From contig JAZAMN010000034.1 in assembly GCA_036229005.1 (NCBI GenBank), positions 1-64,000 of the forward strand: 64,000 bases of DNA, in the 5' to 3' direction. This DNA comes from Myxococcota bacterium (GTDB lineage: Bacteria; Myxococcota_A; UBA796; CAJQPC01). Shown here piece after piece: positions 9,588-19,317 of this stretch. The position numbers and the translations under genes are program-made. The notes under the pieces are model-generated. The model was not told where the DNA came from. It made no database searches and saw nothing but the letters and a program-made list of their open reading frames with translations. Position 1 is the stretch's first letter, and every line of letters begins with the position of its first letter.

Positions 9588-11555
9588 TCAGCGCTCCGGC
9601 TCGGTCGCGAAGGACCAGTAGCGCTTGTCCTGGTAGGGCCAGTTCAAGGAGAACTGGGGGTCGTTCAGAGTGTCCCAGTACAGCACCGGCCGCTCGCGGG
9701 CGTAGAAGAAGGTGTAGGGCTGCTCCTCGTGGACCAGGGCGTGGAACTCGTGGCAGAGCTCGGTGCGGCGGTCCTCGTCGAAGGTGCGGCGGAGCTCTTC
9801 GGCGATGGCGTCGGCCTGCTCGTTGCGGAAGCCGATGCGGTTGGAGCTCTGGGCCTTGTCGGCCTCGGAGGAGTGCCAGATCTGCATGAGATCGGTGTCC
9901 CAGCCAGGGACCCAGGCGCCCGAGTAGACCTCGAAGTCGCGCTCATCCATCTTCTTGAGCATGGTCGACCACTCGACCGGGCTGGGGGTCATCTTGACGC
10001 CCACCTCGAGCAGGGACTCGCGCCAGATGCTGGCCAGGGTCTCGTACTCGGTGCTGGAGCCGTACATCAGGAAGGTGAACTCGAAGTCGACCTTCTCGCC
10101 GTCGATCACCTTGTCCCGGATGCCGTCGCCGTCGGTGTCGGTCCAGCCGGCCTCCTCCAGCAGCTCCTTGGCGCGCTCGATGTCGTAGGGCCAGGGCTCG
10201 ATGCTCTGGTCGTAGCAGGCGACCTGCTTGGGGAAGGGCCCGGTGTGCAGCGTGCCCAGCCCATGGAACACGGAGTCGATGATGCCCTGCCGGTCAAAGC
10301 TCATGGTCATGGCCTGACGCACGCGCTTGTCGGAGAACTTGGGGTTGTCCATGTTCCAGCCCATGTAGAAGTACGTGAGCGTGGGGAACTTGGTGGTCTG
10401 GATGTGCTCGTTGCCCAGGATCTCGCCGTCGGCGTCCAGGACCACGGTCTTGTACTGCTCGGGCTGGATGGACGTGATGTCGATCTCGCCGGCCTTGACC
10501 TTGCGCGGGAAGGCGTTCTGGTCCTTGACCACCGGGCGCAGGATGCGCTCGAAGCTGGGGGGCTCTCCCCAGTACATCTCGTTGGCCTCGAACTCCAGCT
10601 TCACGCCGGACTCCCAGGCCTTGTACTTGTAGGGGCCCACGCCGATGCCCTTCTGGTTGTACCAGTGCTCGTTGAGCTTGAGGCCCCAGGTGGCGTCGTC
10701 GTACTTGTTGCCGTCCTGGTCGTACATGTACAGCCAGCGCGGCATGGGCCAGAGCTCCATGAGCATGGCCAGGTTGGTGTAGAGGCGCTCGTTGTAGGTC
10801 ACCTTGAGGGTGTGGTCGTCGATGGCCTCGATGGACTCCATCGCCTCGAAGTAGTTGCGCAGGCTGGCGATGCGTCCGGCGACCTGGTTGTTCTGGATCA
10901 TGTCCCAGACGAACACGTAGTCATCGGCGGTGAACTCGTGGCGGCCGCCGGGGCCCTCGCCCTTGAGCCACTCGTAGGTCCCCTCCTCCCAGTCCACAGA
11001 GGGCAGGTGCCAGTACACCCCCTCCTGCAGCTTGATGATGTAGGTGAGGCCCTCGTCCTCGGTGGTGACCGAGGTCGCCAGCCGGGGGATCCACACGTCC
11101 GGGTTGTTGATGTCCCGCTCGGCCATGTAGTCGTTCATAAGCAGGCCGTACTCGGTGACGTCCGCCCCGTTCGCGATGTAGGGGTTCAGGCCCCGGGGGT
11201 CGCTGGAGAGGACGGATCGCAGCGTCCCGCCACGGTAGTGCTCACCCTTTGCGCGGCACTGTGTGGGCTGCGTCAGCAGGTTCTTGGGGTCGGCGAGGTC
11301 CGCCTTGGCCTGATCCGTGAGGCAGCCGGGCCCCATGAGGCTGGCGTTGTTCACCATGCCCCCACCCAGCCCCGCGCTGGCGGCGCCGCCGCCGCTGGTG
11401 CGCACGCCGTTCTTGAGGATCTCGTCCAGGCGCTCCTGGTTCTCGATCGCCAGCTTCTCGGCGTTGTTGATCTGCAGGGTGTTGTACAGCGTGGCGGCCA
11501 GGATGACCCCCAGCCCGCCAATCAGCAGGCCATTGGGCGACGAACTTCTGCTCAT
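9588..11555 (-). CDS. Family 5 solute-binding protein (OppA-like), N-terminally membrane anchored
   Basis: GGTLR..DPRGLNP, FTADD, GVGPY, FSDKRVRQAM, AKELLEEAGW; N-terminal TM segment, no lipobox. Confidence 0.92.
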   Translation of the reverse strand: MSRSSSPNGLLIGGLGVILAATLYNTLQINNAEKLAIENQERLDEILKNGVRTSGGGAASAGLGGGMVNNASLMGPGCLTDQAKADLADPKNLLTQPTQCRAKGEHYRGGTLRSVLSSDPRGLNPYIANGADVTEYGLLMNDYMAERDINNPDVWIPRLATSVTTEDEGLTYIIKLQEGVYWHLPSVDWEEGTYEWLKGEGPGGRHEFTADDYVFVWDMIQNNQVAGRIASLRNYFEAMESIEAIDDHTLKVTYNERLYTNLAMLMELWPMPRWLYMYDQDGNKYDDATWGLKLNEHWYNQKGIGVGPYKYKAWESGVKLEFEANEMYWGEPPSFERILRPVVKDQNAFPRKVKAGEIDITSIQPEQYKTVVLDADGEILGNEHIQTTKFPTLTYFYMGWNMDNPKFSDKRVRQAMTMSFDRQGIIDSVFHGLGTLHTGPFPKQVACYDQSIEPWPYDIERAKELLEEAGWTDTDGDGIRDKVIDGEKVDFEFTFLMYGSSTEYETLASIWRESLLEVGVKMTPSPVEWSTMLKKMDERDFEVYSGAWVPGWDTDLMQIWHSSEADKAQSSNRIGFRNEQADAIAEELRRTFDEDRRTELCHEFHALVHEEQPYTFFYARERPVLYWDTLNDPQFSLNWPYQDKRYWSFATEPER

Positions 11556-11750
11556 GGGTGTTCACTCTCCGGACGCGCACCCTATCAGACTTGGGAGCGG
11601 CCTCCCCGTAAAGGGCGCGTCGAGCCCCAGCCCTGGCCGGATCGGTGGCCCGATCCCCACCGCAACCCGGCGCCGGGATCGTCCCCGACCCGCCTGAGCA
11701 TTGCTCCGCTGCTACCCGAGATTCCTCAAGGCGTCGGGGACCGGTCCGTT

Positions 11751-11778
11751 GGCCGTACAGGGGCCGTACAGCTACTCT
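11751..11778 (+). promoter_or_regulatory. 10-bp direct repeat (GGCCGTACAG x2, 11-bp period) abutting a TACTCT -10-like hexamer
   Basis: Copies at 11751-11760 and 11762-11771, TACTCT at 11773-11778, in the divergent oppA/acyl-CoA ligase intergenic region. Confidence 0.45.
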
Positions 11779-11799
11779 CCTCTCCCCCAACGAGGCCTC

Positions 11800-13647
11800 A
11801 TGATCCCGAGCCCCCAGCAGCCTGACACCTGGACCGGCTCGGACAGCTTCGCCTCCTTCGAGTCGGTCGTGGCCATGTGGCACCACCGGCTGCTGTCCAC
11901 GCCCAACATGCCCGGGCTACACGGCCGCCGCCGCGGGAGCTGGTACACCCTGACCTGGGCGCAGTGCGGGCAGCGCTCCAAGGCCATCGCCGCCGGCCTG
12001 ATGTCCATGGGCGTGCAGACCGGCGACCGGGTGGCGCTGCTCTGCCGCACCCGGCCCGAGTGGATCCTCATCGACATGGGCATCCTGGCCGCGGGCGCAG
12101 CGACCACGACCATCTACCCCCGGGCCAGCGACTGGGAGACCCGCCACATCCTGCGGGACTCCGGCGCCAAGGTGGTGTTCGTCGAGGACCGCGAGCTGGC
12201 CGACAAGGTGGCCCGCGTCTCCAGTGAGCTGCCCGAGCTGGAGGAGATCGTGGTGGTCTCCGGTCGGGTCCCCAACACTCTGGGACTCGAGGAGCTCGAG
12301 GCCCGCGGGCGGGCCCACCTGGAGGCACACCCGCGCGCATACGAGGACAGGACGGCCGCGGTCCGGAGCCAGGATCTGGCCACGCTGATCTACACCTCGG
12401 GCACCACCGACGTGCCCAAGGGGGTGATGCTCAGCCACGACGCCTGGGTGTTCGAGGGCGAGGCCATGGACAAGCTGGGCCTGCTCTCCCCCGCCGATCG
12501 ACACTTCCTGTTCCTCCCTCTGGCACACAGCTTCGCGAAGGTCCTGGAGCTGGCCGTGATCCGGACCGGTGTGCCCACAGCGGTGGACGGCTCCAACGCC
12601 GACCTCCCCCAGAACCTGCTGGCCTTCCGGCCCACGGTGATGGCCGCCGTGCCCCGGGTGTTCGAGAAGCTCCACAACCGCGTGGTCTCCGAGGCCCAGG
12701 TCAACCCGGTGCTGCGCACGGCCTTCGAGCGCGCCATGGAGGTCGGCCTCAAGGTCTCGCGCAAGCGCCAGCGGGGGGAGCGGCCGGGCCGCGTGCTCCG
12801 GGCGCGCTGGGCCCTGCAGGACCGCCTGGTGTTCTCCCGGATCCGCGGGCTGCTCGGGGGCCGCATGCGCACCCTGATCTCCGGCGGGGCGCCCCTGTCC
12901 AAGGAGATGGCCGAGTTCTTCCACGCCTCCGGCCTGCTGATCCTGGAGGGCTACGGGCTCACCGAGAGCGCCGCCGGCAACTTCGTGAACCGCCCGGGGC
13001 GCTTCCGCTTTGGCAGCGTGGGCCTGCCCCTTGAGGGGGTGAAGGCCCGGATCGCCGACGACGGGGAGATCCTGCTGGGCGGTCGCGGGCTCATGCAGGG
13101 CTACTGGCAGGACGCCGAGGCCACCGACAAGGCGCTCCAGGACGGCTGGCTGCACACCGGCGACATCGGCAAGCTGGACGACGCCGGCTTCCTGACCATC
13201 ACGGACCGCAAGAAGAACCTGATCGTCACCTCAGGCGGCAAGAACGTGGCCCCCGCGCCCATCGAGGCGCGCCTCAAGGCCGGGAGCCCCTACGTCGCGG
13301 ACGTGCTGGTCCACGGGGACAAGCGGAACTACTGCGTGGCCCTGGTGGAGCTGGACTTCGAGGCCGTGCACAAGTGGGCGGAGGCCAACGCCGTGTCCGC
13401 CGCGAGCGACGCGGAGCTCTCCCAGCACCCCCGCGTGCGGCAGCTCGTGATGGAGGACGTGCGGCGGGTGAACCGCGATCTGGCCAGCTTCGAGTCCATC
13501 AAGGACATCGCCATCCTGCCCCGCCCCCTGACGGTGGAGCGCGGCGAGCGAACCCCCTCGCTCAAGGTCGTCCGGCGCGTGGTCGAGGAGCACTACGCCG
13601 AGGTCCTGGACGCCTTCTACGGGGATCAGGTGCAGCGCCTGGGCTGA
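11800..13647 (+). CDS. Long-chain fatty acid-CoA ligase (AMP-dependent synthetase)
   Basis: IYTSGTTDVPKG, EGYGLTE, WLHTGDIG, DRKKNLIVTSGGKNVAP; ATG at 11800 preceded by GAGG. Confidence 0.92.
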   Translation: MIPSPQQPDTWTGSDSFASFESVVAMWHHRLLSTPNMPGLHGRRRGSWYTLTWAQCGQRSKAIAAGLMSMGVQTGDRVALLCRTRPEWILIDMGILAAGAATTTIYPRASDWETRHILRDSGAKVVFVEDRELADKVARVSSELPELEEIVVVSGRVPNTLGLEELEARGRAHLEAHPRAYEDRTAAVRSQDLATLIYTSGTTDVPKGVMLSHDAWVFEGEAMDKLGLLSPADRHFLFLPLAHSFAKVLELAVIRTGVPTAVDGSNADLPQNLLAFRPTVMAAVPRVFEKLHNRVVSEAQVNPVLRTAFERAMEVGLKVSRKRQRGERPGRVLRARWALQDRLVFSRIRGLLGGRMRTLISGGAPLSKEMAEFFHASGLLILEGYGLTESAAGNFVNRPGRFRFGSVGLPLEGVKARIADDGEILLGGRGLMQGYWQDAEATDKALQDGWLHTGDIGKLDDAGFLTITDRKKNLIVTSGGKNVAPAPIEARLKAGSPYVADVLVHGDKRNYCVALVELDFEAVHKWAEANAVSAASDAELSQHPRVRQLVMEDVRRVNRDLASFESIKDIAILPRPLTVERGERTPSLKVVRRVVEEHYAEVLDAFYGDQVQRLG

Positions 13648-13700
13648 GCCTGGGGACGCCCCCCCTTGCCTCTGGGATCGGGCCCCAATACCAAGCCGCC

Positions 13701-14977
<1,277 letters not shown>

Positions 14978-14978
<1 letters not shown>

Positions 14979-15829
14979 TGTTCCTGGCCAGCGCCCCCGG
15001 CAAGCTCATCCTCCTGGGCGAGCACAGCGTCGTCTACGGACACCGCGCCATCGCGGCCGCGGTCTCGCTGAGCACCCGGGTGCACCTCAAGCCCCAGGGC
15101 GGGCCCACCACCCTGATCGGCTCGGCCATCGACGACCCCCGCCTGGAGGAGGCCCTGAGCCTCGCGCTCCCGGAGCGGGGCTTTGGCGTGGAGATCTACA
15201 CCGACCTGCCGGTAGGCCGCGGCATGGGCAGCTCGGCGGCCCTGGCCATCGCCCTGCTGCGCGCGGGGGACATGGCCCGCGGCGAGGTCTCCAGCTTCGC
15301 CAGCCTCTACCAGCGGGGCTTTGAGCTCGAGCGCCTCTTCCACGGCAACCCCTCCGGGCTCGACCACGCCGTCAGCGCCCTGGGTGGCGCCCTGGTCTAC
15401 CGCAAGGGCCAGCAGCCCGAGCCGGTGCGCATGCCCCCCACGCAGGTCGTCGTCCTGGACACCCGCCTGGCCGGGGACACCGCCCAGCTTGTGGCCGGGG
15501 TGGCTTCCCGCCGGCCCCGCGTGGATCCGCACCTGGAGGCCCTGGGTGATCTGGTGGAGCAGGCCTTGCTGGTGCTGGACGACCCCATCGCCCTCGGCGC
15601 CATGATGAACGAGGCCCAGACCCACCTGCGCGCGATCGGCGTGTCCTCGCCTGAGATCGAGGTGCTCGTGGAGCTCGCGCTGGCCAATGGGGCGAGCGGT
15701 GCGAAACTGAGCGGAGCCGGAGGCGGCGGCGTGGTCCTCGCCCTCACCCCTCACGGGTCTCACGACTTGCTGGAGGCTGCGGCTGCCCGTGGTATCCAAG
15801 CCTTTGCCTGCACACTCCCGGAGCGCTGA
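14978..15829 (+). CDS. mvk: Mevalonate kinase
   Basis: APGKLILLGEHSVVYG, PVGRGMGSSAA, HGNPSGLD, KLSGAGGGG. Confidence 0.93.
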
Positions 15830-15830
15830 A

Positions 15831-16784
15831 ATGGCCACGGCGACCGTCCATCCCAACATCGCGCTGGTCAAGTACTGGGGCAAGCGCGACCGCGAGCTCA
15901 ACCTGCCCAGCACAGGCTCGCTGTCCATGACCCTGTCGCACTACGAGACCCGCACCAGCGTCCGATTCGGCGTGGACCGGGACCGGGTGATGCTCAACGG
16001 GCAGGAGGCCGACGACGCGAGTGCCCAGCGCGTGCTCCGTCACCTCGACCGCATCCAGGAGGGCCGCGCGCCCGCCGAGGTCATCAGCGACAACAACTTC
16101 CCCACCGCGGCAGGCCTCGCCTCCAGCTCCAGCGCGTTCGCCGCCCTGACCTTGGCGGCCGCCCGCGACCTGGGCCTGGACCTGACCCCCGCCCAGCTCT
16201 CCGCCTTGGCCCGCCAGGGCTCCGGCAGCGCCTCCCGCTCCCTTTGGGGCGGCTTCGTCGAGTGGCGCCGCGGCATCCTGGAGGACGGCAGCGACTCCCA
16301 CGGCCTGCACATCGCCCCCAAGGACCACTGGAAGCTGAACATGGTCATCGCGGTGGTCGACGGGAACAAGAAGCCCGTCGGCTCCACCGAGGGCATGGTC
16401 CGGACCATGCTGACCAGCCCCATGTACCCGGCCTGGGTGAGCACCTGGCAGAAGGACGTGGACCAGGCCCGGCAGGCCATCCTGGACCAGGACCTCCAGG
16501 CTCTTGGCGAGGCCATGGAGCGCAGCACGCTCAAGATGTTCTCGACCATGTTCACCGCGCAGCCCCCCATCCGCTACTGGCGCCCGGCCTCGCTGGCGAT
16601 CCAGGACGAGGTGATCCGCCTGCGCCGCGACGGCATCCCCTGCTGGTGGACCATGGACGCGGGCCCCAACGTCAAGGTGCTCTGCGAGCCCGAGGACACC
16701 ATGGCCGTCGTCGACGCGCTCCAGCAGCACGTGGACGAGGTCACCGCCCTGGGCGTGGGCGGCCCCCCGGTGGTCGAGGACTGA
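15831..16784 (+). CDS. mvaD: Diphosphomevalonate decarboxylase
   Basis: NIALVKYWGK, PTAAGLASSSS, GSGSASRS, TMDAGPNVK. Confidence 0.95.
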   Translation: MATATVHPNIALVKYWGKRDRELNLPSTGSLSMTLSHYETRTSVRFGVDRDRVMLNGQEADDASAQRVLRHLDRIQEGRAPAEVISDNNFPTAAGLASSSSAFAALTLAAARDLGLDLTPAQLSALARQGSGSASRSLWGGFVEWRRGILEDGSDSHGLHIAPKDHWKLNMVIAVVDGNKKPVGSTEGMVRTMLTSPMYPAWVSTWQKDVDQARQAILDQDLQALGEAMERSTLKMFSTMFTAQPPIRYWRPASLAIQDEVIRLRRDGIPCWWTMDAGPNVKVLCEPEDTMAVVDALQQHVDEVTALGVGGPPVVED

Positions 16785-17656
16785 TGCCCTTCGAGGTCCG
16801 GGCCCCCGGCAAGCTCTTCGTGCTCGGGGAGTACGCGGTCACCGACGGCGCCCCCGCGCTGGTCCTGGCCGTGGATCGGGGGGTGAGGTGCAGCGTGGCC
16901 CCCGGAGATGCGCTCCTCACCCCTGGGGACGATCGATTCGCCCGCGCCGCTCTGGAGGCCGTCGGGGCGCCAGCGAGGACATACCGATTCTCGAACTGGA
17001 ATCCACCAAAGCTGCGCTCAAAAGCCGGCTTTGGCGGTAGCGCTGCAGCCTGCACAGCCGGAGTGATCGCCGGCACCCTGGCGGCCGGCGGCCCTGTGGA
17101 CGAGGCCCTCTGCGAGCTGGCCGTGCGCACCCACCAGCGCGTCCAGGGCAGCGGCTCCGGCATGGACGTACGGGCCAGCTTCCACGGCGGGCTGCGCTGG
17201 TATGAGGGCGCCCAGGTCGGAGCGCCAGAGCCTGTCCTCGCTGTCACCGCGGTGTACTCGGGGAGTTCGGCCAGCACGGGGCCCCGGGTGGTGCGCTACA
17301 AGGCCTGGAGCGGCCGAGAGCCCTTCGTCGACCAGAGCCGCGCCCTCAAGGGCCTCTGGCAGGAAGACCCCCTGGCGGCGATGAGAGAGGGCCTGCGCCT
17401 GCTCACGCACATGTCCAGGCAGGCGGGCGTGGCGTACCTGACGCCCGGGCTGGAGCGCATCATCGCGCTGGCCACCGAGCACGGCGGGGCGGCGAAGCCT
17501 TCGGGCGCGGGGGGCGGGGATGTGGCCGTGGCGTGGGTCCCGGATCCGGATGCGCGCGCAAGCTTCGAGGCCGCCTGTACCTTAGAGGGGCTGCCGGTGC
17601 TCCCCATCCAGACTGCGCCGGGAGCCAAGGAGACAGGACATGGGGCAGACGCCTGA
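16784..17656 (+). CDS. Phosphomevalonate kinase (GHMP family)
   Basis: APGKLFVLGEYAV, GSGMDV, AKPSGAGGGD; position within the mevalonate operon. Confidence 0.85.
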   Translation: MPFEVRAPGKLFVLGEYAVTDGAPALVLAVDRGVRCSVAPGDALLTPGDDRFARAALEAVGAPARTYRFSNWNPPKLRSKAGFGGSAAACTAGVIAGTLAAGGPVDEALCELAVRTHQRVQGSGSGMDVRASFHGGLRWYEGAQVGAPEPVLAVTAVYSGSSASTGPRVVRYKAWSGREPFVDQSRALKGLWQEDPLAAMREGLRLLTHMSRQAGVAYLTPGLERIIALATEHGGAAKPSGAGGGDVAVAWVPDPDARASFEAACTLEGLPVLPIQTAPGAKETGHGADA

Positions 17657-18722
17657 GATCGCGGACCGCAAGGCCGAGCACATCGCCTTGTGTGAGACCG
17701 ACCAGGTCGCCTTCCAGCGCAAGAGCAACCTGCTGGAGGAGGTGGAGCTGATCCATGAGGCCTTGCCGGAGATGTCTCTGGACGAGGTCGACCTGTCCGT
17801 CGAGTTCGCCGGCAAGACCCTGCGGGCGCCGCTGATGATCGCTGCGATGACCGGCGGCACGGAGCTGGCCGAGGCCATCAACCGCGACCTGGCGGCGATG
17901 GCGGAGATCTACGGCATCGGCTTCGGCTTCGGCAGCCAGCGCCCCTTGCTGCAGGAGGGCATCACCACCGGCTACCGTGTGCGCGATGTGGCCCCGAACG
18001 CGCTGGTGCTGGGCAACATCGGCCTGGTGCAGGCGCGCGAGGCGAGCACCCTGGAGCTGGGCAAGATGGTCGAGACCTGCGGCGCTGACGCCCTGGTCGT
18101 GCACCTGAACCCCGCCCAGGAGCTGATCCAGCCTGGCGGCGACCTGGACTTCCGGGACGGCCTGCCCACCCTGGAGCGCCTGGTCAACGAGCTGCCCGTG
18201 CCCATCATCGTCAAGGAGACCGGCTGCGGCCTGTCGCGCTCGGTGGGCCAGCGCATCCGGGACGTGGGCGTGCAGTACGCGGACGTCTCCGGCTCCGGCG
18301 GCACGAGCTGGGTGGGCGTGGAGACCCTGCGCACCCGCAACGAGCAGAAGAGCCTGGGCCAGCGCTTTTGGGACTGGGGCATCCCCACGGCGGCGTCTGT
18401 GGCGCAGCTCGGCGGCCTGGGGCTCAAGGTCTGCGCGACCGGCGGGCTCTCCGACGGCCTGATGGTGGCCCGCGCCGTCGCCCTGGGCGCTCGGGTGGGT
18501 GGCATCGCGCGCGCCTTCCTGCAGGCCCGGGCGGAGGGTGGCGTGGACGGCCTCGACGCCCGCGTCCGGCAGGTGCTCGCGGAGATCCGCATCGCCCACT
18601 TCCTGGCCGGGGCCCGCACGCCCGCGGAGCTACAGGATAAGCCCCTGATCCTGGGTCCCAAGCTCACCCGCTGGGTCCCCCGCGGCACGCCCCTCTGGGA
18701 GCGCGCCCACCCCTCGGCTTGA
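17640..18722 (+). CDS. fni: Type 2 (FMN-dependent) isopentenyl-diphosphate isomerase
   Basis: RKAEHI, AMTGG, GSQR, HLNPAQE, VKETGCG, SGSGGTSW. Confidence 0.95.
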   Translation: MGQTPEIADRKAEHIALCETDQVAFQRKSNLLEEVELIHEALPEMSLDEVDLSVEFAGKTLRAPLMIAAMTGGTELAEAINRDLAAMAEIYGIGFGFGSQRPLLQEGITTGYRVRDVAPNALVLGNIGLVQAREASTLELGKMVETCGADALVVHLNPAQELIQPGGDLDFRDGLPTLERLVNELPVPIIVKETGCGLSRSVGQRIRDVGVQYADVSGSGGTSWVGVETLRTRNEQKSLGQRFWDWGIPTAASVAQLGGLGLKVCATGGLSDGLMVARAVALGARVGGIARAFLQARAEGGVDGLDARVRQVLAEIRIAHFLAGARTPAELQDKPLILGPKLTRWVPRGTPLWERAHPSA

Positions 18723-18739
18723 GCCCTCGGAGCCCGCAG

Positions 18740-19273
18740 ATGTCCCTTCACAGCCTGGTCGGCCGCATCCCCAAGCCCATCAAGGACGCCGTCAAGCAGT
18801 GCATCTACCCGCCGCTGCTCCAGGAGGGCGAGGTCGCCCCCGAGTGGCACCTGCAGTCCTACGACGACTCCTGGCACCGCCACAACAAGCGGCGCTGGTC
18901 CGTGATGGTGTTCTACCCGGGCGATGACACCCCGGGCTGCACCGCCCAGCTCCAGGACCTGCAGGAGCACTACCAGCGGCTCACCGCCCTGGGCGCGCTC
19001 GTCTACGCCGTGAACCCCGCCGAGGCCCCCAGCCACCGGGCCTTCGCCGAGAAGTACGGCTTCGACTTCCCCATCCTGACCGACCGCGGCGGCGTCGTGG
19101 CCCGGCAGTTCCGGGCGGCCATGCAGACGCCGCTGAAGACCTACATCCTGCGCACGGTCTACCTGATCAACCCCGAGCGAAAGGTGCGCCTGGCCAACCG
19201 CGGCGCTCCCCCGGCGGCCGCGCTGATCCGAAGCATCGAGGCCCTGCAGCAGGCGACCCGCGACGGGATGTGA
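18740..19273 (+). CDS. Peroxiredoxin, BCP/PrxQ family
   Basis: FYPGDDTPGCT (PxxxTxxC), SHRAFAEKYGFDFPILTD; an alternative TTG start at 18719 overlaps the fni stop. Confidence 0.85.
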   Translation: MSLHSLVGRIPKPIKDAVKQCIYPPLLQEGEVAPEWHLQSYDDSWHRHNKRRWSVMVFYPGDDTPGCTAQLQDLQEHYQRLTALGALVYAVNPAEAPSHRAFAEKYGFDFPILTDRGGVVARQFRAAMQTPLKTYILRTVYLINPERKVRLANRGAPPAAALIRSIEALQQATRDGM

Positions 19274-19317
19274 GCCGCAGGGGTCAGGTATCGGGGGTCA
19301 GGTACCTGGGTCCTGAC

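Noticed and set aside
8082..11825. 1247-aa plus-strand ORF (similarly 4005-6146, 24699-27257, 28974-32429, 48305-50944, 55785-58736, 58770-61913)
   Set aside because: Antisense shadows of well-supported genes; high-GC codon bias removes stops in the mirror frame, and no protein motifs are present.
11800..13647. Acyl-CoA ligase as a substitute source of HMG-CoA
   Set aside because: Motifs are those of ordinary long-chain ligases, and mvaA seems to have its own promoter; no sequence support.
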